Assembly: GCA_050329975.1 (NCBI GenBank)
Contig: JBHJOG010000155.1
Location: forward strand, 1-59,702
DNA: 59,702 nt
Direction: 5' to 3'
From: Alphaproteobacteria bacterium
GTDB lineage: Bacteria > Pseudomonadota > Alphaproteobacteria > CALKHQ01
Shown here: positions 1 to 8,615 of the stretch, in pieces
Layout of the letters: the number at the start of each line of letters is the position of its first letter
Position numbering within the stretch: position 1 is the stretch's first letter
Made by a program: the position numbers and the translations under genes
The notes under the pieces: model-generated
What the model saw: the letters and a program-made list of their open reading frames with translations, nothing else
What the model was told of the DNA's origin: nothing
Databases searched by the model: none

Positions 1-1494
1 GGCGCCTCCGTACTGGCGCTCGACCCGCTGGACGAGGCGACGCTGCGGCAGCTCATGGAACTGCAGGCGGGGAGCGGGCGGCGCAACGCGGCGCTCCAGC
101 AGTATCGGCACTTCGCCGACCTGCTGCGGCACGAGCTCGACACGGCGCCCGAGGCCGAGACCCGGGCCCTCCACCAGCGGTTGCTCCGAGATCCACCGCG
201 GTCGGCGACACCGCCGGAGCCGCTGCGGCTTGCGCGCGCGCCGGTCAGGCCGCCCGAGGTCGTGGTCGCCCGGTTCGGCGCCGACGCCGGGGATGCCGCT
301 GCGCGCGCAGTGGCAGACGAGCTGCGCGATGACCTGCTGACGGCGCTGACGCGGCGGCGCGGCCTGCGCGTGCTCACCGAGGCTGGCGACGGCCTCGTCG
401 CCGATCCTCGGGCGCAGGACCGGCGCTACCTGGTGGAGGCCGGCGTGCGCATCCGGGCGGCAGAGGTGGTGGTGACGGCGCGGCTGATGGATGCCGGCGA
501 CCGCAGCTGCCTATGGTCGGAACGCTGCGCCGGGCCACCCGACCGGCTGCTTGGCCCGGAGGTGCCGCTGGCGCAACGGCTTGCGGTCAGCTTCGTGCGC
601 GAGATCGAGGTCGCGGAGGCGCGCAAGGCCGCGGGAACGGAGCCCGACGCCCTGGACGCCTGGAGCCACTACCATCTCGCGCTGCACCATCTCTACCGCT
701 TCTCGCTGCCCGGCCTGAATGCGGCCCACGCCCACCTGCAGCGTGCGGTCGCGCTCGACCCCGGCCTCGCGGTAGCGCATGCCCGGCTCGCCTATGCCCA
801 CCTCCAGATGTACTGGTACGGGCCACCGGAGGCGCGGGACGAGTCCCTGGACCGGAGCCAGCTCGCCGCCCTGCAGGCGGTCGGCCTGGACGCGAAGGAT
901 GCGCGTGGCCACTTCGCCCTCGGCCGGCTGTTCGCGATCCGGCGCGAGTTCGACATGGCGATCCCGGAGTTCGAAACCGCGATCGGCCTCGATCCGAGCT
1001 TTGCCCAGGCCAGCTTCGGTCTCGGCCAGGCCCTGGCGGCGGCGGCGCAGCCGGCGAGCTCGGTGCCGTTCCTGGACCGGGCGATCGACCTCGACCCGCA
1101 CGACCCGCACCTGTGGACCTTCTACCACGACCGGGCGGAAGCCCGGTTCGCGCTCGGCGACCTGGCCGAGGCGGCGAAGAACTCCAAGGTGGCGGTCCGG
1201 CTGCCCAACGCGTCGCATTTCGCCTGGGCGACCCTGGCGTCGGTGCTCGGCGTCGCTGGCGACCAGGAGAACGCCGGCCGGGCTCTGGCCCGCCTCCGGC
1301 TGTTCAGACCCGGGTATAGCCTCGACCACGCCGTCGCGGAGCTTGCCCACCACGCCAACCGCCTGTTCGTCGGCGACTATCTCGCCGGCCTGGAACTGGC
1401 GGGGCTTGGCCATGAGCAACCCGGCACGGCGGACGAGGATGGGCGGCAGGCCGACCAGGGTCCGCTTTTGACCGGCCAGGGCCCGTTGTTTTGA
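1..1494 (+). CDS. BTAD/SARP-type helical domain + TPR-repeat regulator-like protein, 5' end cut by the window edge
   Basis: Frame 1 is open from base 1. GASVLALDPLDEATLRQLMELQAGSGRRNAALQQYRHFADLLRHELDTAPEAETRALHQRLL looks like the end of a BTAD domain. The C-terminal half has TPR-like repeats (ALDPGLAVAHARLAYAH, IGLDPSFAQASFGLGQAL, IDLDPHDPHLW). Stop at 1492-1494; strong GC3 bias. Confidence 0.7.
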   Translation, partial: GASVLALDPLDEATLRQLMELQAGSGRRNAALQQYRHFADLLRHELDTAPEAETRALHQRLLRDPPRSATPPEPLRLARAPVRPPEVVVARFGADAGDAAARAVADELRDDLLTALTRRRGLRVLTEAGDGLVADPRAQDRRYLVEAGVRIRAAEVVVTARLMDAGDRSCLWSERCAGPPDRLLGPEVPLAQRLAVSFVREIEVAEARKAAGTEPDALDAWSHYHLALHHLYRFSLPGLNAAHAHLQRAVALDPGLAVAHARLAYAHLQMYWYGPPEARDESLDRSQLAALQAVGLDAKDARGHFALGRLFAIRREFDMAIPEFETAIGLDPSFAQASFGLGQALAAAAQPASSVPFLDRAIDLDPHDPHLWTFYHDRAEARFALGDLAEAAKNSKVAVRLPNASHFAWATLASVLGVAGDQENAGRALARLRLFRPGYSLDHAVAELAHHANRLFVGDYLAGLELAGLGHEQPGTADEDGRQADQGPLLTGQGPLF

Positions 1495-1917
1495 CCGCGG
1501 CTTGATCGCCGCCGGGTAGAACGCGCCGCGTCATCGTGCGGGGTGCTGCGGCCGCTCGTTGTGATCTTCAGGGGGCCGCGCTCCGCCGAGTTCCAACAGC
1601 ACCAGCAGACAAGGAGTCGGGCCGATGCCCTGGCGCCGATCGCTTCGCGGCTCCCTCGACGCGGCAGACCATCGCCGTGCCGCGGCCGTCCCTGGCCTGC
1701 CGGTGGGACGCGGTCCGATGGGGATGAGCATGAGCAGGAAGACCGTCGTCCAGGTTATCGGCGCCGCGGCCATCGTCGCGATATTGGCGTGGGAATGCGC
1801 CGCTGCTGGCCGGGTTCCGGGACCGGACCGGGCCGCGGCGTTCGACCGTCTGGTCCCCGGGGAGGGCGGCGCGACGCCGACGACCGCGGTCGTCGGCGCG
1901 CGCTTCTGAGCGCAGGC

Positions 1918-2556
1918 TCAGTTGGTGAAGTAGAACATGTTCCTGTCGAGCTGGAGATTCGTCTCGAAGTTGAGCAGCGCGACCAGCGTCTGCGCGCCTT
2001 CTGGATCGGTCACCACCCACTGGCGCAGGTTCATCGGGTTGCTGTCGAAGGTGAAGGTGACCGAACCCTCGCCGGGATTGTCGGTATCGACGATCGTGAC
2101 GCTGATCAGGCCGTCTTCACGGGTGAAGTCCGAGATGGTGATGTCGCCGCTGAGCCGCAGGTTGGCGCGGGTGAAGAAATCGACTGTGGTATCGCTGATC
2201 AGCGCGCGCGACGTCTGGTCCAGCTCCTTGTCGTGGTAGTGGACCCAGGTGCCGTCGGCGACGATCAGGATCGGCGACGGCTCGTCATATTCGAAGCGCA
2301 GCCGGCCGGGGCGCATGATAAACAGCGTGCCCTGCACGTTGCCGCCACTGGAATCGACCTGCAGGAAGCGCGCGCGCATCGTCCCGATCGAGTTCAGGTA
2401 GGTCTCGATCCGCTGCACGTCCGCCTGGTCTTCCGCCGTCAGCGTAATCGCACCGGCCGCGCCAGTGGCCGCGCCGACCAGCACCGCCGCCGCCAGGACC
2501 GTCACCACCTGCCCTCGGGCCCGGTTCCAGATCCGCCGTGCCGCGCCAACCGCCAT
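1918..2556 (-). CDS. lolA: LolA-like outer-membrane lipoprotein carrier protein
   Basis: Signal-peptide-like N-terminus (VVTVLAAAVLVGAATGAAGA) followed by LolA-like motifs (IETYLNSIGTMRARFLQVDSSGG, GTLFIMRPGRLRFEYDEPSPILIVADGTWVHYHDKEL). ATG at 2556 is preceded by a GGAGAG Shine-Dalgarno. The ORF-track GTG at 2586 is an alternative start. Confidence 0.75.
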   Translation of the reverse strand: MAVGAARRIWNRARGQVVTVLAAAVLVGAATGAAGAITLTAEDQADVQRIETYLNSIGTMRARFLQVDSSGGNVQGTLFIMRPGRLRFEYDEPSPILIVADGTWVHYHDKELDQTSRALISDTTVDFFTRANLRLSGDITISDFTREDGLISVTIVDTDNPGEGSVTFTFDSNPMNLRQWVVTDPEGAQTLVALLNFETNLQLDRNMFYFTN

Positions 2557-2689
2557 TCCGTGCTCTCCGTACTTGGTCCGTCTCACCGTCAGGCTCCACT
2601 GTTAGGATACCCGCCGCCCGAGCGCAACATTCGCCGACATTTGGGCGGCAATAGGGCGGTCGGCCTTGATTGCCGAGGGCGTCCGTCGC

Positions 2690-3403
2690 TCAGCCCAGGC
2701 CGAGCAGCGCCGGCAGCTGGCTGAGATCGGGAATCGCCGCGACCGGGCGGCCGGGGAGCCGCTCCGCAGGCGCGCCGGCACGGTTGACCCAGACCGCGTG
2801 GAAGCCGAAATGCGCGGCGCCGGCGATGTCCCAGGCATTGGACGACAGGAAGCAGATCCCGGCTCGCGCCACCCCCAGCCGGTCGACGGCGCTCTGGTAG
2901 ACCCGCGGGTCGGGCTTGTAGACGCGCAGCTCGTCCACCGAGATGACGGCGGTGAGTTCGTCGGCGATGCCTGCATTGACGACGGCCGACTCCAGCATCG
3001 CCGGTGCGCCGTTGCTGAGGATGGCACGCGACAGGCCGGCCTTCCCGAGCTGCCGCAGGACGGCCGGCACCTCGCGATAGGCGTCGAGCCGCAGGTAGAG
3101 GTCCATCAGGCGCGCGCGCAGCGCCGGATCGGCCAGGCCCCGGGCCTCCATCGCGTAGTCCAGCGCATCCCCGGTGACCTGCCAGAAGTCGGCATAGGAA
3201 CCCATCAGGCTGCGCAGCCACGTGTACTCGAGCTGCTTGCGACGCCAGAGCTCGGCCAGCGGCTGCATCGCCGCGCCCAGGACGACGGCCTCGGCCGCCG
3301 CGGCGGAGACCACGTCGAACAGCGTGCCGTAGGCGTCGAACACGCAGGCGCGGATCCCGGCGGCGGCGAGGGGCGCGGGCGACGAGGCGGACTGTTCGGC
3401 CAT
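2690..3403 (-). CDS. Haloacid dehalogenase type II / HAD-superfamily hydrolase
   Basis: Uses the internal ATG (3403, MAEQSASS) of ORF 2690..4219. Carries the DAYGTLFDV nucleophile motif, LSNG, and AWDIAGAAHFGF near the C-terminus, all typical of L-2-haloacid dehalogenase-like HAD enzymes. The upstream ORF extension overlaps the opposite-strand glycosyltransferase and is Arg/Pro-rich junk. Confidence 0.75.
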   Translation of the reverse strand: MAEQSASSPAPLAAAGIRACVFDAYGTLFDVVSAAAAEAVVLGAAMQPLAELWRRKQLEYTWLRSLMGSYADFWQVTGDALDYAMEARGLADPALRARLMDLYLRLDAYREVPAVLRQLGKAGLSRAILSNGAPAMLESAVVNAGIADELTAVISVDELRVYKPDPRVYQSAVDRLGVARAGICFLSSNAWDIAGAAHFGFHAVWVNRAGAPAERLPGRPVAAIPDLSQLPALLGLG

Positions 3404-3595
3404 GGCGGTTTCCACCGGTCTGCAATCTGGGCGGTCGGCCAAGGCCCCCTGCCTTTCCGCCCCCTGCCTTTCCCCCGACCCATAGCATGTCCGGCCGCTG
3501 CCGTGACCTCCCATTTGGCTGTCCCGCGACTCGGATCGCAGGCGACCGCAGCCCCGCGCCTTGACATCGGGGCGCAGCGGCCCGATGCACGCGCC

Positions 3596-5272
3596 ATGTC
3601 CGTCGACTCCGAAGGCATCGACTCGCCAAAGCGAAACGCCGGCTGGCCGGGACCGGCGCTGTACGCGCTGGCGGCGACCGGCTGGATCTACCTGGTCTAC
3701 CTGCTGCTGGTCGCGGCCCAGACCGCGCTTGCGGTCGATGCGCGCGCGCTCTGGTTCTCCGACGAGGTGCGCTACGGCACCGCTCTGGTGGAGCTGATGC
3801 AGGGCGACAACTGGCTGACACTGACGCTGAACGGTGAGCCCTACCCCGACAAGCCGCCGGTCTATTTCTGGCTGCTGGCGATCATCGCCTGGATCGGGGG
3901 CGGAACCGGCACCTGGGTGTTCTTCGCCGGGGCCGCGCTCTCCGGCTTCGCCTATGTGGCCAGCGCACACTTCCTGGTTCGCCGGGTGGTGCCGGCGCGG
4001 CCGGCGCTGGCGCTGGCGACCGGGCTGCTGCTGCTCGGCACGCCCTATGTGGCGGCCCTGTTCCACTACTCGCGGATGGATCCGCTGTTCGCCGCGACGA
4101 TCGTGGCGGCGATGGCCTGCATGCACAGCGGGCTGCGCCGGCCCTCGATCAGCCGCTGGGTGATCGCCGGCTTCGCGCTGATGACGCTGGCGAGCTTCAT
4201 CAAGGGCCCGCTGGGGCACGCGCTTCCGATGATCGCGCTGCTCGCCGACGCCCTGGCCACCCGCCGGCTGCGGCGGCTGGTTGCCTGGGACATGCTACTC
4301 GGCGTGCTGCTGTCGCTGGCGATCGCGGCGGCCTGGTTCGGCGCGGTGGTGGCGACCCGCGGCTGGGGCTTCGTCGAGAGCGTGCTCGACAACCAGATCC
4401 TGCAGCGCGCGGTCAGCGCCTGGCATCACCGCCATCCGTTCTGGCTCTACGTGCCGCTGATGGTGGGCATGTGGCTGCCGTGGACGATGCTGCCGGCGCT
4501 CGGCCCGGTCCGCCGGGCCATCGGCGCCGCCGTGCGCGCCAGCCTGCGCCGCACCGCCGAGGCTTCGCCGACGGTCTATTTCGGGCTCGCCTGGGCGTCG
4601 GGCTTCGTGCTGCTCAGCGCACTGAGCGGCAAGATCCACATCTACCTGCTGCCGACGCTGGCGCCGCTGGCCGCCGCGACCGCGGCCGGGATCCTCGGCC
4701 TTCCGGTCGAGAGCCGGATCCTGGCCTGGCGGCTGGCGGCGACGATCTACGCCATGGTCGGCATGGCGGCGCTGGTCGCCGGCATCGGCCAGTTCGCGCC
4801 GTTCCCGATCGGCGGCCTGGTCGCGCTCGGCATCGTGCTCCTCGTCGGCGCGACCGCGCTCGCCTGGTTCGACGGCCGCCTCAACGCCATGCGGCCGTTC
4901 TGGGTCAACCTGGCGGTGGTGACACTGGCGATGAACGTCCTCGGCCTCTGGATCGCGCCGTCGCTGGACGCGGTGCTGAGCCCGAAAGCGCAGGCCGAGC
5001 TGATGCGCGCCTATGCCGACCAGGGCTTCGACGTGGTCGCCTACGCCACCTATGACGGCGTCTACACCTACCACTACGGCGGCATCGTCACCGAGATCGA
5101 CCAGCCGGCGGAGCTGGCGGCCTATCTGGAGACGAGCGACCGGCTGATCGTGGTGATGCGGCAGTCGAGCCACGCCAACCTCGGCGCGCTGGTGGCCGAC
5201 CTGCCGGTGGTCCAGGAGCAGCGGATCGCCGAGAACCTCTATCTGATGCTGCTTCAGGACCGGACCGAATAG
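3596..5272 (+). CDS. ArnT/PMT-like (GT-C fold) membrane glycosyltransferase
   Basis: Uses the internal ATG 3596 (MSVDSEGID), in frame with ORF 2666..5272. Many hydrophobic helices, a periplasmic-loop motif GEPYPDKPPVYFWLLA typical of ArnT/PMT_2-type lipid-linked-sugar transferases, and a soluble C-terminal domain. Confidence 0.7.
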   Translation: MSVDSEGIDSPKRNAGWPGPALYALAATGWIYLVYLLLVAAQTALAVDARALWFSDEVRYGTALVELMQGDNWLTLTLNGEPYPDKPPVYFWLLAIIAWIGGGTGTWVFFAGAALSGFAYVASAHFLVRRVVPARPALALATGLLLLGTPYVAALFHYSRMDPLFAATIVAAMACMHSGLRRPSISRWVIAGFALMTLASFIKGPLGHALPMIALLADALATRRLRRLVAWDMLLGVLLSLAIAAAWFGAVVATRGWGFVESVLDNQILQRAVSAWHHRHPFWLYVPLMVGMWLPWTMLPALGPVRRAIGAAVRASLRRTAEASPTVYFGLAWASGFVLLSALSGKIHIYLLPTLAPLAAATAAGILGLPVESRILAWRLAATIYAMVGMAALVAGIGQFAPFPIGGLVALGIVLLVGATALAWFDGRLNAMRPFWVNLAVVTLAMNVLGLWIAPSLDAVLSPKAQAELMRAYADQGFDVVAYATYDGVYTYHYGGIVTEIDQPAELAAYLETSDRLIVVMRQSSHANLGALVADLPVVQEQRIAENLYLMLLQDRTE

Positions 5273-5294
5273 CGACGCCAGCCGCGAGGCTTCG

Positions 5295-5322
5295 TTGACG
5301 GCGGGCCACGGCGACTCCTAAT
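5295..5322 (+). promoter_or_regulatory. Candidate sigma70-type promoter (TTGACG-N16-CCTAAT) upstream of DUF4164-zapA
   Basis: TTGACG at 5295-5300, a 16-nt spacer, CCTAAT at 5317-5322. Lies in the 94-nt intergenic gap, 45 nt upstream of the 5367 start. Confidence 0.35.
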
Positions 5323-5366
5323 GTTGTCGCCCATTCCCCCAGCAGCGCGGTCGAGTCGCTACATCC

Positions 5367-5606
5367 ATGTCCCGGTTGGAGCAATCGCAGAAAAGACTGG
5401 CCGAGGCGGTGCAGCGGCTGGAGGCGGCGCTGGCCGAGGGCGGCGCCGCACAGGATGCCGGCGCGGCCCGGGAGATCGCGGCGGTGCGCAGCGCCTATCT
5501 CGAGCTGCAGCAGACGGCCGACGCAGTGGCCGACCGGCTGGACCGGGCGATCGCCCGGGTTGATCACCTGCTCGGGGACATGGAGTCGCGCAATGCAGCG
5601 GAATAG
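5367..5606 (+). CDS. Small coiled-coil protein (DUF4164-like) preceding zapA
   Basis: 79 aa, all-helical heptad-like sequence (LEQSQKRLAEAVQRLEAALAE...LELQQTADAVADRLDRAIARVDHLL). The position immediately upstream of zapA is typical in alphaproteobacteria. Confidence 0.6.
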   Translation: MSRLEQSQKRLAEAVQRLEAALAEGGAAQDAGAAREIAAVRSAYLELQQTADAVADRLDRAIARVDHLLGDMESRNAAE

Positions 5607-5928
5607 CGTGATGGCCAAGATCGAGGTGATGATCCATGGCAAGCGCTACATGGTGTCGTGCGACGACGGCAAGGAAGCCCATCTGAGCGCGCTCGCCAAG
5701 TATATCGACAAGAAGATGTCGGAGCTCGACAACGGCCGCGGCCAGGCGAGCGAGGCGCAGCTGCTGATGATGACCAGCCTGCAGATTGCCGACGAGCTGG
5801 CCAGCCTCTACAACGACCTGGACGACCTGCGGCGGTCGGAACTGGCGTCGGACCGGATGAGCGGCCAGATCGACGCCGCCGCCGAGCGCATCGAAGCGCT
5901 GGCCGCCCAGTTGAAGCGCTCGGCCTGA
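5593..5928 (+). CDS. zapA: Cell division protein ZapA
   Basis: AKIEVMIHGKRYMVSCDDGKEAHLSALAKYIDKKMSEL...EAQLLMMTSLQIADEL is the ZapA fold signature, followed by a C-terminal coiled coil. ATG 5593 has GGAG 7 nt upstream. ATG 5611 (MAKIEV) is an alternative start. Confidence 0.85.
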   Translation: MQRNSVMAKIEVMIHGKRYMVSCDDGKEAHLSALAKYIDKKMSELDNGRGQASEAQLLMMTSLQIADELASLYNDLDDLRRSELASDRMSGQIDAAAERIEALAAQLKRSA

Positions 5929-5984
5929 TCCGCGCCTGGACGAAGATGGCCCTTGCACATCGGGCGCCTGCTACCAGATAGTGT

Positions 5985-6140
5985 GGTGGGCTGTCCTGCG
6001 CGTCAGGCTTCAGTTTCCCCGGGGCCAATACACTCCTCTAGGGAGCTGTCCCTTTCGCGGTCGTGGCCGCGGAATACGGCGCCCACCTGTTCTTACAGGC
6101 CTAGAGGGATATGATACGCCAACGGCAGGTACGGCTCACC
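5985..6140 (+). ncRNA. ssrS: 6S RNA (SsrS), boundaries +/-10 nt
   Basis: Non-coding gap between zapA and the 5-formyl-THF cyclo-ligase gene, which is the conserved zapA-ssrS-ygfA synteny. Hand folding gives a 15-bp closing stem with one bulge (5985-5999 GGTGGGCTGTCCTGC pairs with 6125-6140 GCAGGTACGGCTCACC). There is a perfect 8-bp inner stem (6035-6042 CCTCTAGG with 6100-6107 CCTAGAGG). A large asymmetric central bubble sits between the two stems, and there is a terminal hairpin (CGCGG-N6-CCGCG, 6056-6071). The length of about 156 nt fits 6S. A TTGCAC-N18-GATAGT promoter-like element at 5953-5982 sits just upstream. Confidence 0.65.
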
Positions 6141-6250
6141 TCATTCGCCGGTAACGGACTCCGTCGCCGGCGCTCTGGCATGCGAACCGGAGTGGCGTCA
6201 TCCGCGGACCGGCGTTAACCAGCGATCAATGCCGATCGGCAAAGGCCGCG

Positions 6251-6823
6251 TTGCGGGCCTCGGCCCGGACGACCCGGGCGGCGGCGGCCAAGGCAGTGCC
6301 GGATGCTGCCGACCGGATCGCGGTTGCGGTCGTTGCGCTGGCGCGCCGTCGCCGGCCCGATGCGACCTCCGGCTACTGGGCGATCGGCGACGAGATCGAT
6401 GTCCGGCCGGCGCTGCGGGCGCTGGTCGCGATGGACGTCGTGGTGGCGCTGCCGGTGATGGGCGGACAGGAGAGCCCCCTGACCTTCCGACGCTGGGTTC
6501 CCGGCGCGCGGCTGAAGCATCGGATGTGGGGCATCCAGGAGCCGGTCGCCGATGCGCCGGCGGTGCGGCCCGAACTGCTGCTGGTTCCGTTGCTCGCCTT
6601 CGACGCCCACGGCGGCCGGCTGGGCTATGGCGGCGGCTACTACGATCGGACAATTGCCGGCTTGCGCGCCGACGGCGGACCCCCGATCCTGGCCTGCGGG
6701 GTTGCCTTCGCCGGGCAGGAGGTGGCAGAGGTCCCATGCGAACCCTATGACATGCGGCTGGATGCTGTGATCACCGAAGACGGATTGCGGATGGTGGCAC
6801 CCGAGCCGGCGGGGGGCCGCTGA
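6251..6823 (+). CDS. 5-formyltetrahydrofolate cyclo-ligase
   Basis: Family motifs WGIQEP, LLLVPLLAFDAHGGRLGYGGGYYDRT and PYDMRLDAVITE. Located downstream of the 6S RNA as in E. coli ygfA. The start is uncertain: the ORF track uses TTG 6251, and there is no in-frame ATG or GTG upstream although the family-typical KAALR motif is encoded just 5' of it. Confidence 0.8.
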   Translation: MRASARTTRAAAAKAVPDAADRIAVAVVALARRRRPDATSGYWAIGDEIDVRPALRALVAMDVVVALPVMGGQESPLTFRRWVPGARLKHRMWGIQEPVADAPAVRPELLLVPLLAFDAHGGRLGYGGGYYDRTIAGLRADGGPPILACGVAFAGQEVAEVPCEPYDMRLDAVITEDGLRMVAPEPAGGR

Positions 6824-7662
6824 TGCGCGTGCTGTTCCTCGGCGACGTGGTCGGCCGGTCGGGCCGCGAGGCGGTCCTGGCCCGGGTGCCCTTGCTCCGG
6901 CTCGAGCAGGACCTCGACCTGGTGGTGGTGAACGGCGAGAACGCGGCCAGCGGCTTCGGGCTCACGCCGCAGATCTGCGCCGATTTCTATGCTGCCGGCG
7001 TCGATGTGATCACCACCGGCAACCATGTCTGGGACCAGCGCGGCATCGTTCCCCACATTGCCCAGGACCACCGCCTGCTCCGGCCGGCGAACTTCCCGGC
7101 TGCGACCCCCGGCCGGGGCGCCAACCTCTATGCGCTGGGCGACGGCCGCACGGCGCTGGTCGTCAACGTGATGGGCCGCCTGTTCATGGACCCGCTGGAC
7201 GACCCGTTCGCGGTGGTCGACGCGGTGCTGGGCCAGAAGCGCCTGGGCCGCGACGTCAGCTTCATCCTGGTGGATATCCACGCGGAAGCCTCCAGCGAAA
7301 AGATGGCGATGGGCCACCATTGCGACGGCCGCGCCAGCATGGTGGTCGGCACCCATACCCATGTGCCGACCGCGGACGCCCAGGTGCTGCCCGGCGGCAC
7401 GGCATACATGACCGACGCCGGGATGTGCGGCGACTATGATTCGGTGATCGGCATGAAGAAGGAGCCGGCGACGCTGCGCTTCGTCTCGAAGATGCCCGGC
7501 GAACGGCTGTCCCCGGCGCTGGGCGAGGCGACGCTGTGCGGCGCGGTGGTCGAGACCGACGACCGCACCGGGCTCGCCCGCTGGATCGAGCCGATCCGGC
7601 TCGGCGGACGGCTGCAGCCGGCGCTGCCGGTGCCATCCCGCGACCGATCGGCGGCTGAATGA
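6823..7662 (+). CDS. YmdB-like (TIGR00282-type) metallophosphoesterase
   Basis: MRVLFLGDVVGRSGR, VVVNGENAASGFGL, ITTGNHVWDQ and VDIHAEASSEK are calcineurin-like metal-binding motifs of the YmdB family. The start overlaps the upstream stop (TGATG). Confidence 0.85.
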   Translation: MRVLFLGDVVGRSGREAVLARVPLLRLEQDLDLVVVNGENAASGFGLTPQICADFYAAGVDVITTGNHVWDQRGIVPHIAQDHRLLRPANFPAATPGRGANLYALGDGRTALVVNVMGRLFMDPLDDPFAVVDAVLGQKRLGRDVSFILVDIHAEASSEKMAMGHHCDGRASMVVGTHTHVPTADAQVLPGGTAYMTDAGMCGDYDSVIGMKKEPATLRFVSKMPGERLSPALGEATLCGAVVETDDRTGLARWIEPIRLGGRLQPALPVPSRDRSAAE

Positions 7663-7689
7663 CAAGGGGCGCCGCAACGGCGCCCCTTG
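7663..7689. terminator. Bidirectional hairpin terminator between convergent genes
   Basis: Perfect 11-bp GC-rich stem (CAAGGGGCGCC / GGCGCCCCTTG) with a 5-nt loop (GCAAC), directly after the 7662 stop and before the minus-strand stop at 7719. No strong U-tract. Confidence 0.65.
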
Positions 7690-7718
7690 GCTCGAGTCTC
7701 GTCCGGTAAGGTCCGGCG

Positions 7719-8312
7719 CTACATCAGCAGGTCGGCATTGAAGCCGACCGTCACGGCCCCGATCGCCTCGCCGGTCGCCGGGTCGACGACGGTCATGCTG
7801 GCGTTGAACGTATAGGCCTGCAACTCCTCGGCGAACTCGACCTCCTCGACCAGTATGGCCCCCGGGCCCATCGGATAGGTCTGCTGCCACTTGGCCTCGT
7901 CGCCCTGCATCAGGTCGGCGGTCAGTGCCGTCTGGCCGACGTTGAGGCCGAGATTGTCCATGATCCACAACTCGGCCACGATGCCGCCGGTCTCCATCTG
8001 ATGAGAAATCAGGTACTGGGAGACCTCGCGTTGCACGACCTCCTGGAACAGGGCACCTCCGCCCATCTCGGCCTCGGCGATCCATGCCTAGTCGAGGATG
8101 GCGATATCGGCTTCGGTCAGGCCGGCATTGGCGGCGTTCTGCGCCTTGATTGCCTCGACGACGATCGGGTCGGCCAGCCAGGCCGCCACGGTGCCTTCGA
8201 GATATTCGCGCGCCTTGGCTTCGATATCCGCCTCGACAGCGAAGGCGCCAGTCGTCGGCAGTGCCGCAGCCAGCAGTCCGGCGGCGATCAGGTTGGTCGT
8301 CCGGGTCATCAA
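7719..8312 (-). pseudogene. Periplasmic Cache/PDC-like sensory-domain protein interrupted by one in-frame TAG
   Basis: ORFs 8088..8312 and 7719..8066 are in the same frame and are separated only by a TAG (plus-strand CTA at 8088-8090) and 7 sense codons. The reading is ...LTEADIAILD*AWIAEAEMGGGALFQEVV... The N-terminus has a signal peptide (LIAAGLLAAALPTTGAFA). The C-terminal part carries the Cache-like motif ELWIMDNLGLNVGQTALTADLMQGDEAKWQQTY. Confidence 0.7.
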
Positions 8313-8615
8313 GATGTCTCCCTTTCTTGTGCAAGACCGAGGGAGTATCCCCGCCTTGGGTTAAGAGTTCGTTGCCCTGCAGACCCGCAGAAATCGCCAA
8401 GTCTTGTACCGATCTGTCCTGTGAAATCAGCATCCGGGGTGGGGGCTGCTCATGTACGATTCGCATCCTGCATTTCGAGCCCGTCCAAATACTGACTACG
8501 CGCGTCTTCGACCGCGCAGCCTTCAGAGGTTATTTACCTGAACATGTGAGCGTAGGCGATGTTCTGCCGCAGGCCGCCCCACTGGTGCGGGGCGCAACGA
8601 TTGATGGAGTCGTCG

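Noticed and set aside
1718-1909. Small ORF (MGMSMSRKTVVQVIGAAAIVAILAW..., about 63 aa) in the gap before lolA
   Set aside because: It has one hydrophobic helix and moderately GC3-rich codons. It has no Shine-Dalgarno, no recognisable family and several possible starts, so it cannot be supported from sequence alone.
2666-3595. N-terminal 310-aa extension of ORF 2666..5272 (and similar extensions of 2690..4219, 20288..21925, 21504..24092, 23282..24472, 29195..30649)
   Set aside because: The extensions overlap well-supported genes on the other strand or upstream genes, and they lack motifs. Internal ATG or GTG starts with Shine-Dalgarno sequences or family-typical N-termini were used instead.
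8088-8090. The in-frame TAG as programmed recoding (pyrrolysine or read-through)
   Set aside because: No pyl genes or recoding signals are visible, and the context fits a simple CAG-to-TAG change. A pseudogene or sequencing error is more parsimonious.
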